Positions 13,545 to 26,026 of a stretch of DNA of 64,000 nucleotides are shown in pieces. Source of the stretch: Phyllosticta citribraziliensis (taxonomy: Eukaryota); the NCBI RefSeq assembly GCF_038025025.1, contig NW_027117343.1, forward strand, positions 2,170,001 to 2,234,000, written 5' to 3'. Within the stretch, counting starts at the first letter, position 1. Every line of letters starts with the position of its first letter. The notes below the pieces were generated by a model, which saw only the letters and a list, made by a program, of their open reading frames with translations, made no database searches and had not been told where the DNA came from. The position numbers and the translations under genes were made by a program.

Positions 13545-14756
13545 TTAGAGCGCAAAGAAGGCACCAGCCATACCGGCAACCATGCCGACGACGCCGCCGA
13601 CCTTGACGGCCGAGGCGGCACCGGTGTAGTGCGCGCCGGGAGTGGTGACGGGGGTGCCGGCGACGGGCGTGGGGACGCGAGCGGGCGTCGTGGCGCCAGC
13701 CGGGGGAGCAGAAGCGGCGGGCTGGGTGTTGCCAGCAGGAGGAGCAGAGCCGGCCGGCTTGGTGTTGCCGGCAACGCTGGAGACAACGGCGGGGACGGTC
13801 GTGACGGCCGTAGTGGCGACGGACTTGGTCGAGGTGGCGAAGGAGACGGCAGGGGTCGAGACGACGGGGGTGGCGGTAGCACTGGGAGGGATTATCAGCT
13901 TTCTTTGTCTTGTGGTCTTGGTCTGTTTTTATTTTCGCTTTTGCATGGCACAGGGGGTGGAATGTGGACGTACCAGTCCTTGCAGGAAGTGACGGTGCTG
14001 GTGTAGACGGGGCGGGTCACAACACAGCCGCCGTTGGAGCAGTCGAGGCTGACGCTCGAGGCGCCAGTGACGGTGTAAGTCTTGCTGTTGTGCGTCAAGG
14101 TGGTGGCCTCAGGGCAGTAAGTCGTGAACTCGGTCAGGGTCTCGGTGACGACGCGCTCAGAAGAAGCCGACGAGGCGGACAGGACGGCGGACGAGGTCAC
14201 GCTGTCGACCTTGACCGAAGCAGTGGTGCTGGCCGCGGCGCTGGAGCTCGACGAGCTGGAGGCCGAGCCCTTGTTGGAGATGCCGAATTGGGTGCTCCCT
14301 GAGGACATGTCAGCGAGGTCTTGATTCTGGTTCAAGGGATATACGCACATTGGTAGGCGCCGTTGGAGTCGAAGACAATCTTCATGCCGTAGCCGGTGTC
14401 GCCGTTGCTGTCGGCGAGCGAGGTCTCGGGGGTCCACGAGTAGAGACCATCGTTCTCGGTGCCAGTAGCAATGGAGCCGACGGTGACGCAGTTGGAAGAA
14501 GGACCCTTGCAGAGGTACAGCGAGACGGTACCACCGGAGTACGGGGTGGTCGGGTTCCAGGTAATGTCAAAGGGCTTGCCAACAGGGACGATCTGCAATG
14601 GTCAGCGTGCGTTGCAGGGCGGTGGTAGATTGATTGACTTACGGAGCCGGTACCAGGGAGGTAGATGGCGTTGCCGTTGGGCAGGTCCTCGGCCTTGACG
14701 AGGGTGGCCAGGCCAGCCGTGAAGAGGGCAAAGAGGGAAAAGTCGTTGGAGAGCAT
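13545..14756 (-). CDS. GPI-anchored Ser/Thr/Pro-rich cell-wall protein with a Kre9/Knh1-like N-terminal domain, 3 introns
   Basis: Signal peptide; GKPFDITWNPTT...LCKGPS...YSWTP...QWSTQFGI domain; FTTYCPEATT motif; Ser/Thr/Pro stalk; hydrophobic C-terminus (AVKVGGVVGMVAGMAGAFFAL*). Confidence 0.85.
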
Positions 14757-17700
14757 GTTGATGTTGGGTGAATGAAGGACTGGGGGTAAAGAGTGTCTGT
14801 TGACAGGAAAGACTGTCGGCGCGCGAGGTCAAGAAGCAGGAAGGAAGGGACGAAGCCGACGAGAGCTTCTGGAAAAGTTGATGTTTGGGTGGTGTTCAAG
14901 ACAGGAAGAAAGAGGCTACGAGGGTTGGATAAATGAATGCTTCACAAAAGTCAGCGCGGCGGTCCTTCATCGCGTAGCCGAGGAGCGGACAGTGCCAGTG
15001 GGCCCCACCGTCGTATCGGCAGGCAGGATGAGCACAGTCTAATCTCAAAGAGTCGCGAAGGCGGAGGCATGGCGGAGATTGTGCTGGCTTGGTGGTACGG
15101 CGCGGTGGCAGTGGCAGTGGCAGCCAGCGAGGGGTATGGTACCTAGGTAGGCCACAGAGGCGCCAAGGGGGGTGAAGGATGAGAGCGGGCAGCGAGCGCA
15201 AAAGGGTAGGTCACGATGGAGTGGCATGGTGGTGGTGGTGGTGGTTGAAGGGCGTTGGTCGAGCGGCCCTGGTGGGCGGATAGGGCCGCCCGACGGACCC
15301 TGGTCGGTCGCCTCTCTTCCATTTCTTCCCCGACGAAACATCACGAACAACACCGTCCTCTCCCAAATGCGATCAATAAACACGAGCCGGCGCCTTGGCA
15401 GCCTCCTTTCTTGCCCTCTCTTCCACTCCCGTTGCAACCGTTGCCGATGACGCCCTGGGTGGAAACATGTCTCATCGGCCCTCCACCGCAGCTCCAGCGC
15501 CAGGACCGGGCCATTTCCGTTGCCGCCGTGTCGCGGGCCTCCATGCGGAGAGGGCGTACCTGACGATCTTTGACTCGCGCAGCCCTGCGAGGCTGTCGGT
15601 CCTGTCAGTGTGTGTCCATCACCGCGGAGCCGAAGCCAGCAAACAATCACCCTCCAAAAATCAACCACCACCCTGCGACATGACTTCAACGGCCTCGTAC
15701 TACCTGCGTGATAGTACCTGCATCCCACGGTAAAAATAACCCCTACTCACTATTGCGGCCCGTATTCCTTCCATCCTCCGCGCCCGGCCAAGCACTTTGT
15801 GGCGGTGTTTCGCTGACCGTTGCGTCCGCTCTGGTCATACGATAACACCGACCTCGGCAAATACAACTTCACTGGCCACGTCGGGTAAGGCTGAGTACGT
15901 ACGTACAAGAGGCCAACATTGTGTCCATTCCCAAATCTTGGTCAATTCGCTCTCACGGCGACCGTTGCCGAACATCTCGCACTTCACTGCAAATCCGAAA
16001 AGAGCACGGCCCACGACGTCTCAACGCCCGAGAATCAACTTCACACACGCTACCAGGCCCCTCCAGCCTTCAAACACGCGTGGACGCGGCTATAAGCTCG
16101 TAGCGCGCCCTGTCCTCATAGTTCCGTCGTCTCGCCTCTCCGGCCCTGTGGCTTGCCAGGGCAGACGGGAAAACCCGCGCATCCTGCTTGTGGTCAACCA
16201 ATTTTAAGGGGCCAAAATCCTCCCACAACCACCCAAGACGAATAGCCGCCTTTCGCTGACCAATCGCACCAACAAGACACTCAACCCCAAAATGTGACGA
16301 GACAAGCTTCTGGACAAGCTTCGCCAACAAGCTTACTCGGGATGCGCGGTATGCCTGCATGCATGCGCGCGTGCAAGACATGGCTCTCGCACCCACCCCC
16401 TTTTGGTCCTGTTCGCCCGCCTTCGCTGGATTCAGCCCTCACCACCATCGATAGTCTGCGTCGCACAGGCTGCCGTCCAATCCATCATGCCCTCCGCGCT
16501 CAAATGGAGCTCCATCCGGCCGGCCAACGTTCTTTTCGTCCGCCGGGCGTGGTGGGGGCCGCCTGGCTGCTTCTTCCCCAGGCAGCACGGTCAGGAAGCA
16601 AGCATCCAGACCCAGCGCATGGCGTGAGATGTGCCGGGCCGGAAGGAGATTGCCAGATGGCCGACGAGCGGTGACATGGAGAGAGCGGTGGCAGTGGAAT
16701 AAATCGACTCGATGCCGTCGTTGCTTCGTGCGGCTCTACTCCCATTGGCTTGGTTTCTACCGTCTGTCTGCTGCCTGGTCCTCGCTCTCAGTCGGCGGCA
16801 CTTGCACGGCTAGCAAGACGTTTTTCCAAGACCTCTCCGTACTATTAATGGCCAGGAGGCGTCGAGAGGTGAGATATCCTGCCTTTCATTGGGCGGCGGG
16901 CTCTTCTTGTGCTGGATGGATCGGGGCGAGCGGTTGTGCTGCTGTCTGGCTGTCCGGTCTCGTGGCCCCCTTTCATGCCACGGCGGACTGCCTCGTCTGG
17001 AACATATATATACATCCCTCCGTCTGTTCTCTCGATCCCTATCGCTCCTTGGATCCCCGGCCAACATCTCAGTATTTGCAACCACACTGAAAGCCGAGGG
17101 ACTCTTCCTTTCGGATAAGTGAGAGACTGGATTCTTGTTGCTCCGCGGTGTCTTGCTTAGAGGCCTAGACAGACCACCGATGAAGCCGTGTACGTGTGAC
17201 TATGATGCCGCCGGCATTTTGAGGAAGCGGGGCGGGATGCAGAGTGCATCCGTAAATAAAGGAACGCCTGTCTACAACGTGATACACCGACATGAGAGTT
17301 GAGCAACAGGAAGAAGATTAGTTGGACTCAATTCCGCAGGAACAACATGGACAGCAGCATTGTGGGGTTCCCCCGCTGCACTCCCGTAAGAGACAAGAAA
17401 CGGATTAAAATCAAAAAAATGGCACGCACTCGCAAACTCCAATCAACAAACGCATGATCTAAACAGGATCACACCCACAGCGCTCGCTCGCGTACCTACC
17501 TACCTACATACATACTAAACCACCAAGACTTGGCAGGTAGCAAAAGCCGTGACATACACAACTAGGAGAGTGTGAAATGCGGTTCATAGACGCCCTTGAA
17601 TTGTTCCTTGTGTGGATTATGGGTGCTCCTCAATCATCTCCCACATTCTGCTACACGCGCTGCGAAGGATTGTCACCAAGCCTCAGCCAACATCCTCCCT

Positions 17701-19054
17701 CCCCTTACTACGATGTGCTTTATAGTAGTCGGAAGTTGGTGATCGGAAGGTTGTTATGATGGAGCAGAGTGACTGACCGGCGTTGTTGATGGATTTGACT
17801 CAAGGGTATGCCGTGCAGTCTTGCTATTAAAGAGAGGGGCGGGCTCGCGCATGCACATATTGAAGGCTTTAATTCTAGACACGGCGAGAGCTTGCGGCGC
17901 TTTTGTGCGGGTGTTTGAGTACTACTGAGTACGCGAGAGATTTCAGGGATGCAGTTTGATAGCCTTGTAGGCAAGATTTGATACGGCTAGCTGATGATGT
18001 TTTGGACGGGCACTGTGGGATGGATCTTTTGCAATGGAAAGCTGTGGGAGTGGTTGATCCATCTCTAAGTAGGCAAGCGATGGTGTCGCCTTGGTCTGCG
18101 GACGTCAAATTCTGCGCTTTTTAATTCTTGATCGTATTTTCAATTTTTCCGCAGTGTGTGCCACATTTTTTGCACCGAGCCTTTGATCCCATGTGTGTCG
18201 ACTATACTGGACAGAGGATGCCAGCTTGTATGAGGCTGATTGTCTGGACAAAAAAAGTGATTTGAATGGACTGGAGCCATAGAAAGCTGGAGAACAAGCG
18301 AGGAAAAACCAAGGGACAGGAACATAGGCGGAGGGATAAGAAAGCAGAAGATGTTCAAGACGAGATGGAAAAAGCAGATTTGTACTATACGTGTGACCTG
18401 TACAACTTGTCGGTCACAAAGGTAACCCAAGACGTGCAGAACACGGTACGGCACAAGCGGTACAAGGAGTCAAGCCGTGCCTGGTTCTAGTATCAGCAAC
18501 TGGTAAGCAACGGCTGGAGGTCATGACGCGCAGTCGCAGCGCAGTGAGTGTCGAGAAACATGACAATCTCAGTGTCTAGCTGGAGTGGTGAACGATAGCC
18601 AACCACACGCAACTAGGGTAAGAGACGACAGCTCCCCCAGCACAGCTGGTGGCAGACGGGTGCTCCCGAGATACAGTCGCGGTGTTGTGGGCCATCGTTT
18701 CTTCAACACCCACTGCGGCACTGCGATGTGGCGGTCTTATCTAGACGATCTCATCATAACGAGGCCAAGGTCGGACGTTTGACACTGAAAGCGTTTGGCG
18801 GCCGTCGTGTTGGAGGTGGGTTGCGCAGAGTGGTGGGGCGGGTTGTTCGCATCGCGGATTGTGGGGTGGTCCGTCTATTTTTAAACCTCGAGCCTCTCCG
18901 ACTTGCTACTCGCCGATTCTTGGGTGCAACCTTCTTCTGGCCTGTCCGCAACCTTTTGCCTCTCGCCTCTCTGCCATGCTCCGCCCCAAACCTCTACTTG
19001 TGCGCCCCCGACACCTGCGGGCCATGCTGCGCTGAAGCCGACTCCCCGAGAGCC

Positions 19055-21940
19055 ATGGACCGCTCCCCTCATGGCCACCATCTCGATGACGATGAGGGTC
19101 TCTACGCCGAGCCCACTCTGTCGCCCGCCTCGCGCGCACTCCATGACCGCCCGTCAGATCCAGAGCCTGAAGAGACGCAACACGCCGATGACCAGGCTCG
19201 CAGCCACCGCGATGAGTCGTCCTCGCCGCGCCTATCTAGCGTTGCGCGTTCCTCAAGCCACACTGCCACCACCGCGCGCAGCATCGCTTCGACCAACCTA
19301 TCCACCCTGGCAACTTCGGCTTCGCATGGCTCCTCGAACATGGTCCAGGACAACAAAGATGCTGCTGCCGTGCGCGCTCGCCAGCAGCAGCATTGCCCAC
19401 CAACAATGACCATATTCGATTTAGAATCCGATACCGCCACCTCGTCTGCTTTGCCGCAGCCTTTTGGGTTTTCGATATCTCGCAAAGGTCGAATGGTGGC
19501 CGTGTTTGGAACCAAGAATATCTGGATAATCGAGGCAAAGAAGCTGCCAGAGACGTGCGTTCGGACGCTCCAGGTGCGGCGCAAACCCGTCGCGGTGGAG
19601 ATTTTGGATGACGCCAGTCTGCTCGCGGTACTCTCCAATCCATTCAAGGTTGACTTGTATCGCTTGCAGGTGGATGGTGTGCCTGGCTTGGAGAGGATCA
19701 AGAGCGTCATACTCACCGTCGATGCGAGTACGATAGCCTTGTCCCCGGACGGCATGGTTCTGGCTACTGGACACTCGTTTGGCATCGAGCTCGTCTCGCT
19801 CGCTGAAAAGGCCTCGGAAAATGACCGGAGATCAGCGAATTGCGATCCCATGGACCATTTGATGTTCTCAGATGATGGGCGGACTTTGATTGCCACAGCT
19901 TCGGCTCGCATGCCACGACCCACGACAGTCTTTTCAGTCCATGGCGCGTTTGACGGGCCTCTCACAGAAGACGGTGATCTGATCCCGCAAGAGAATCATG
20001 TCGCGTGGACAAGGCAGATACTCTTTCCCGAAAAGGCTCACACTGCAAAGCATGCTCTGATATTGCCAGACCCGCTGACCGGCCATGTCAACGAGCTGTT
20101 TGCTTTTGACGCAGAAGAAGACACGTGGGGCATTTACGACCTCGGAGGAATGCAGTTCATCGAGACTAAGGAGAACCCACCCGAGGCCGGCCAGTACGTC
20201 CATGCCGAATCTCTCGAGGACGCTCTTCCAACAGTCTCGCCATCCCTTGATCATGTGGCTGTTGCCGTCAAAAATCAGGATTCGAATTCTTTTTGGATTT
20301 ATCGACTACCAGATACTTTCGAGTCCAACTCGGCCATCTACAACGAGTTGAAGGAGCATTCGGGAGACCACTCGCCGCTTGCGCCCTGCTCCTATGTAAC
20401 CATGCCAAGGGAGGAAGACACTTGCGCACAAGACGTTTCTGGGCTTCGCTGGATCACTCACAATGAGAATGATGGCCGCGCAATTGAACGTCTCTTGGCC
20501 GTGGGAAATGTTGTCTCCAACACGGCCCCAGACACTCCGATCATGCCGGGAGAAGCGGCTAAAACCAAGGGTATCCTCATTGTGATGGACTTCGACTTGC
20601 GCAAATCCATGGAGAACTACATTCCAACCAAAGCTGGAAGGGTAACTATCGACCTGGACCAAACCCTACCGGGTGAAAAATTGCCCGAGGATGAGATTGA
20701 TTTTGAAAGAGAAGTCGAGCTGGTAAGGACGCGGACCGTGGCTCAAAAAAGGGGAGAGGCCGCGAGGGCTGTGGCCAGTCACAACTTGCTTCGATCCTCT
20801 ACTACAACTTCTCAACAAGCTTCAAGTCGAGCGCCCGCCTCTTCCCGCCAGGACAGCGATGATTATGTCCAGACCGTCTTGGAAGAGCCCTACGTGCAAG
20901 GACAACCAAGGTCCCAAGCCTCTCTAACTCGGGCCGCGACAGTGGCAGCAGCTTCTCCTGCAAACCGAAGGCACCTACGAGCCTTGCCGGACCGACCGTT
21001 GGAGTATCGCAGAGCAGATGGTCTCCGAGAGATGCCTCACGAGTCTGACGCGGATAATTGGATTCCTCCTCCTCCACCATACACACCCCGGGCGGATCCT
21101 CCTGGACCAGGCGCCATAAGCATCAGCCTATCTCATCCTGAAGGAGTACCCTTGCCGACCATGCCCTCTCCTCCACTCGCGCAAAACTCGACTTTGCCGC
21201 GCCTTCAAATCCCCAACAGCGGATATACTTCGCCGTCCTCCAACATTCCCAACTCTGCGCCTGTCGACCGTGGCCATCCTGCGCCGCACCTGATCAGCGC
21301 TGCCGCTCCGCGCTCGGCCAATCCGACCTCGCGACCTCCTCGGATAGCTCGACCAGAATCGCATCGCTACTCGCTCCCGGCACTCCAGAGCCGTCGTCCA
21401 GGCACAGGCTTGCGTCACCACACCAGCCCAAGCCAGGCTCCGTTCCGCCCACCACCCCAGGATCCCTCCGAGGCGTCGTATCAACATCCAATCACTGTGC
21501 CCGAGCACGCGGTCTCATCCAGCGCGCCCAACCCACCCGGGTTGGAGCACCCTGCAAGTCGTCATCGCATGTCGAGACCTCCATCCCCGGGTGTTTCGCC
21601 AACCTCTGCTCCAGTTCTGGCACCCAGCTTCAACCGCTCTGAATCGGTTCCAGCGCCTGTCCACACTGTGACGACCAACCCACGCGCGGCGCAAAGTGTC
21701 GACGACTTTGGACCCGGACCGTCGGCGCGGCGTCGTGCGGGCATCAGGGGTCTGCGGCGCATTGGGCACCCAAGGGGTCAAGGCGACGTCCAGAGGATGT
21801 CAACCATCAGGAGCGTGCAGAGCACCGGGGGCTTGAGGATCCGAAGCGCAAGTGCGCCGCTTGCAGGTGACAGGGCCGTTGATACCCCTGGGTCACGGGA
21901 TGATGGAGCCAAGAAGAGGATGAGGTGTGTGGTCATGTAG
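19055..21940 (+). CDS. Uncharacterised WD40-like beta-propeller protein with a Pro-rich disordered C-half, PPxY and C-terminal CaaX
   Basis: Long intronless ORF, first ATG at 19055. Blade-like repeats (IALSPDGMVLATG, LMFSDDGRTLIA), HESDADNWIPPPPPY, and the ending KKRMRCVVM*. Confidence 0.85.
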   Translation: MDRSPHGHHLDDDEGLYAEPTLSPASRALHDRPSDPEPEETQHADDQARSHRDESSSPRLSSVARSSSHTATTARSIASTNLSTLATSASHGSSNMVQDNKDAAAVRARQQQHCPPTMTIFDLESDTATSSALPQPFGFSISRKGRMVAVFGTKNIWIIEAKKLPETCVRTLQVRRKPVAVEILDDASLLAVLSNPFKVDLYRLQVDGVPGLERIKSVILTVDASTIALSPDGMVLATGHSFGIELVSLAEKASENDRRSANCDPMDHLMFSDDGRTLIATASARMPRPTTVFSVHGAFDGPLTEDGDLIPQENHVAWTRQILFPEKAHTAKHALILPDPLTGHVNELFAFDAEEDTWGIYDLGGMQFIETKENPPEAGQYVHAESLEDALPTVSPSLDHVAVAVKNQDSNSFWIYRLPDTFESNSAIYNELKEHSGDHSPLAPCSYVTMPREEDTCAQDVSGLRWITHNENDGRAIERLLAVGNVVSNTAPDTPIMPGEAAKTKGILIVMDFDLRKSMENYIPTKAGRVTIDLDQTLPGEKLPEDEIDFEREVELVRTRTVAQKRGEAARAVASHNLLRSSTTTSQQASSRAPASSRQDSDDYVQTVLEEPYVQGQPRSQASLTRAATVAAASPANRRHLRALPDRPLEYRRADGLREMPHESDADNWIPPPPPYTPRADPPGPGAISISLSHPEGVPLPTMPSPPLAQNSTLPRLQIPNSGYTSPSSNIPNSAPVDRGHPAPHLISAAAPRSANPTSRPPRIARPESHRYSLPALQSRRPGTGLRHHTSPSQAPFRPPPQDPSEASYQHPITVPEHAVSSSAPNPPGLEHPASRHRMSRPPSPGVSPTSAPVLAPSFNRSESVPAPVHTVTTNPRAAQSVDDFGPGPSARRRAGIRGLRRIGHPRGQGDVQRMSTIRSVQSTGGLRIRSASAPLAGDRAVDTPGSRDDGAKKRMRCVVM

Positions 21941-22926
21941 CGGGCCTGCACGGAGTCGGCACTTGCAAACGTGGACTCTGCATGAAGACTGTGTTCATGT
22001 ACGGCAAAGAACTGGTGTCGCCAAAGATCCCTTGATGAATAGACCTTGTCTATCCTTTTGCGGCTCCACACAACCTTTTTCCTTGTCTCACCCTTCAATA
22101 CGCGTCCATGGACGTTCGAAATTTTCTTTTATGGCATGTTTATACCCCACCTTCCGTACATTCGCTTGCTCTCTTTCTTGCACATGGTTCTTGTTCCCTT
22201 TTTTCCCATTTTGTCTCTTTCATTTCTTTTCTCCCTTCTCCGATCATACATAGAATTTGGACAGACGCTCGCGTTGCTGTTGCACAAAATTCAAGATACC
22301 CCCCTGGCCGGCTGGCTGGCGGCGGCGGCGGCAATGAGGGGCATGCGCCTTCATCTAAGAAGCAGAGGCACGCACGCACGCACGCGGATTGCGGAGATTT
22401 TGACATGACTTTCTTCTTGCAGAGCGTGGTGTTTGGGGTTTTTCATTGTTGTTGATGCGCTACCATTGTGGCGCGTCTGCATTGCACTCGTTGAGCTAGC
22501 TAGCACATGAGTTGGTGTTTGGTTGGATATAGGAATTGCCAAAACCCCATGAGAATTTTCCTCTCTCTTTCGTATCATGACAATCGCGTCCAGAGTGATT
22601 TCCGTCGGCTTCGAGCTGTCCGCCTCGAGTCCTGCTTTCACGTCAACCCGCGCGAAGAGTTGTTCAAAGAGCAGCCCGACTGCGCGGCCGCCGCATATGC
22701 ATTTATGCCTCGAGCGCGAGAGCCACAACGCCGCAGGTGCCTTGGCAAAAAGAGAAGAGGTATCGAAGCAGTTGATTGGTGGGTAAGTGCAGACACACTG
22801 CAGCCAGGCTGTACAGCTGCATGGAAGCCCCCACACCAAAAACGTGGGTATAGAGCCGGAGGACAGAAAAGAAAAGACAAAATTCCCCACACCACGCCAT
22901 CCGCCATCTTGGCCTTTTGCGGCCAA

Positions 22927-24586
22927 CTACAAGCCGTACGTCAAGAACGTGCTCACCATCCACCCGTTGGCCATGTCGTACGCCTCGTCTGGCGTCGTGC
23001 CCTTTAGCACCTCGTACCGGTTCATGTCGCCACACGCGCCCGTCCGATTGCCCTCCGCGTCCGCGTTGACGCAGCCACCGCTCTTGACCAGTCCGGCGAC
23101 GCGCTCGCCCACGTCGCGGCCCTCGAACCACGCGCCGTGCAAGAAGCCGTAGTACTCCGCCGAGTTGGCCTCGCCCGCAAACCACAGCCTGTCCACGTTC
23201 GCGCGCAGGTTCTGGTGCATCTCAAGCGTCACGCCCACCGGCCAGTTGGAGTAAGAGCCGTGCGTCCACGGCTCGAGGCTCCAGCGCGGATACATGAAGG
23301 CCAGGGGCTCCGGCACGTCGACGTCGGGGAACATCTTGCGCAGCACGGCGAGGGCCTCGGCCTGCGTCTGCTCGTCCGTCTGCGCCTCGACGCGGTACGA
23401 CTCGTCGCCGACGACGGTCACGAAGAGGATGTTGGAGCCCGGCAGGAAGCCCGGCGTCGACAGCGACTGCCAGATGGGGTAGTAGCCGCGCCGGTCCGGG
23501 TCGGCGTAGAGGAAATATTGCGTGTCGCTGGGCCAGAAGGTCTCGTTGAATTGGAAGAAGATTTTCGTGTACGTCCCCATGTCGAAGGTTTCGATGGCCA
23601 GCTTCTTCCAGTCGGGGAGCGCGGGCGTGAAGGCGACGACTTCGTTTTGCAGCACCCCCAAGGAGAAGGTCGTGATGGCGTAGTCGGCGCTGATGCAGCT
23701 GCCGTCGGTGTTGGTGACGGTCACGCCCTCGGACGAGTACGCTATCTCCTCGACCGTGGTGTTGAGGAGCAGCCGTGAGTCGTTGGCGGCAAGGAAAGTC
23801 GTGGATTCGCCAATGATCCACGCATTGAAGCCGCGCTGGTCAAAGACAAAGTTGTCCTCGTCACTCTGTATCGAATAAGTGCTTATCCCCGAGTCAACTC
23901 CTCTCTAGACTTACGAATTGGTTCCAAGTCGCGTTGCTGTTGGCAACGCCGTAGAGAAGACCGCTCTGGTCGGGCGAATACGCAGACTCAAAGTCCCACG
24001 TCCACCACTCGGCAGCCTGGGCCGCGGGGTCCTTCTTGGGCTTCCAGCCAGCCAGCGAGAAGCCCGCCCTGGCAGAGATATCCTGCAGATTCTCCGTCAG
24101 AATGTACCCCGCGTACTGGTCCGCGGTCGACGACGCGTCGTCCGCCTGGTCGAGGAGGTCCGAGTAGTCCGAAAAGCCCGTCTCGTTGTACGTGAGGATG
24201 GAGCTGTAGTTGGAGTACGTGTTGGTGATATTGTACTTCTTCGCAAGGGACCACACGGGGTTTTCTGGGCCTCCTTCGGATCCTAGTCCTTGCACCCAGT
24301 TTGCTCCCAGCTCGATGACGTACGGGGAACCGTCTTCCTTTTGCCCAAACGTTGTGTGGTACGCGCGACCTCCAATGTGGTCGTTGGCCTCGACGATGAC
24401 AAAGTCTGATATGGACTGGTTTGCCAGTGCTTGGGCGGCGGTGATGCCGGCCACTCCTGCGCCGAGGATGGCTACTGTCGTGTGGCGACACTGATCATTG
24501 CTCCTCGGCTGCACAACTCGCGCAGAAACAGAAACGACAGACGTCAAGATCAAAGACGCCTGCAAAGCATTGGCTGGGAAGCGCAT
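22927..24586 (-). CDS. Secreted flavin-containing polyamine oxidase, 1 intron
   Basis: Signal peptide; VAILGAGVAG FAD-binding motif; EANDHIGGR; ELGANWVQG; YTKIF; GSYSNWP; FAGEA..EYYGFLHGA. Confidence 0.92.
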
Positions 24587-26026
24587 GACAGGCGAGGAAT
24601 ACTCCACGACAGCACCAAAAAAAAGAACTCTGAAAACACAAAACAAGCTTCAGCAGTACAAACAAAACTCACCCAGCTCCAATGTCGAATCTTTATATGG
24701 CGCAACGGCACAATGATGCCGCAGATTCTTGAAAAGAGATGAAGGACGATAGGCCACACAGAGCTGCCCTCGGACAGAAGACAACGGCATGGTCGGACAA
24801 GACCTTTTGCGCCGGTAAGGTTTGGCCCACTAAGCAAAAGGGGGCAGTCGCACGCAGTCGAAGCGGGTCACAGGGCGCGTGCCTGGCAGTGATGGCTCCG
24901 ATAAGAGTGACAAACAGGAAGTTGGATGCGAGAGACGTGGGGAAGAGATACGCGGGGGTGGACGGTACGGTGGATTGTTGCCGAGAGATGTCGTGCATCT
25001 TGGGGGTCCAAGGCCCCCAAAAGGTACACCTGCTTGGCGTCATGTCGTCCAGCCTCTTGGGCACTGCTGGCCATGTCACGGCCTGAAAAGCTGTGCAACT
25101 TTGCAATGGCTGCGTCGGACTGGATGCGTTGGCTTTCGGTACATGTATGTTGTGCTGGCCGGCCGGCTGAGTGGCTGAGGTGATAACGGGCAGCGATGTG
25201 ATCGTCCTTCGGCCCGAGCATGCATCAACCCTGTGCTAAATGATTCGAGAAGACGTGCTCGACAGCCTCGCCGTCCAACCTAACCATTAATCATAACCTT
25301 TTGTTGCTTGGAGATAAAAGCTTGGCCTTCTTGTAAAGACTTCAAGAATTACGACCGCAAATATCAAATGCTCGACCTTTGTCACCATCAAATGCTCTCC
25401 AGCGGTGCATTACACGTAACCAACGCCCAACAAGAAATCGATGGTGCTGGAGGCTCATTACGGAATGCTCCAAGGAGAGGCGTCGGATCCGCGAGTTAAT
25501 TCAAGGCATCAAGTCAGCTGATTTGGGTGCTGTTACCTTGCCAGTGATGGCGACGCGCAATCGCATCTGCAGAAGGTCCTTGCTCCCGAAGCCGGGTGAT
25601 CAAATGCTCCCCATGTCCATCCTCCCAAAGAGTCGGATGCTCCCTGGGAGCTCCAAGAGCCTTGAACAACATGTAATTTATCTTAGCGTCGTATCGAAAC
25701 GTGCGAAAACCACTCTTCCGCACCAAAAGTGTGGAGGAAGTGTGACGCACAAAGAAGTCGTTCTCCTTCAATGCGCGGTGTGTATGAAGAGGCGTATAGA
25801 CGAAGAAATTGAAAGAAACAGCGAAAGACATAGGATACAATCATTACTGTAGACAAACACTTAGATATGGAGATATATAACATCCAATTAGTCAATCGAC
25901 CACCCAGTCCTGTGGCACAAAAGGTGCAGAACATTTTATGACCGTCATTCATCCTTCTTTCTTCTTTCTCCCCCCCTTTTTCTCTCACAATTTTCTTCCT
26001 TTCGTTCAGCAAGCGCACGCACCTCA

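Noticed and set aside
18728..19054. GTG-initiated N-terminal extension of the propeller ORF
   Set aside because: A bacterial-style start in a eukaryote; the region looks like promoter/5'UTR, and the first ATG (19055) has good context.
22351..22926. 191-codon open frame directly after the polyamine oxidase TAG (possible readthrough extension)
   Set aside because: The stop context TAG-TTG is not a known readthrough context, the translation is not protein-like, and it does not end in a targeting signal.
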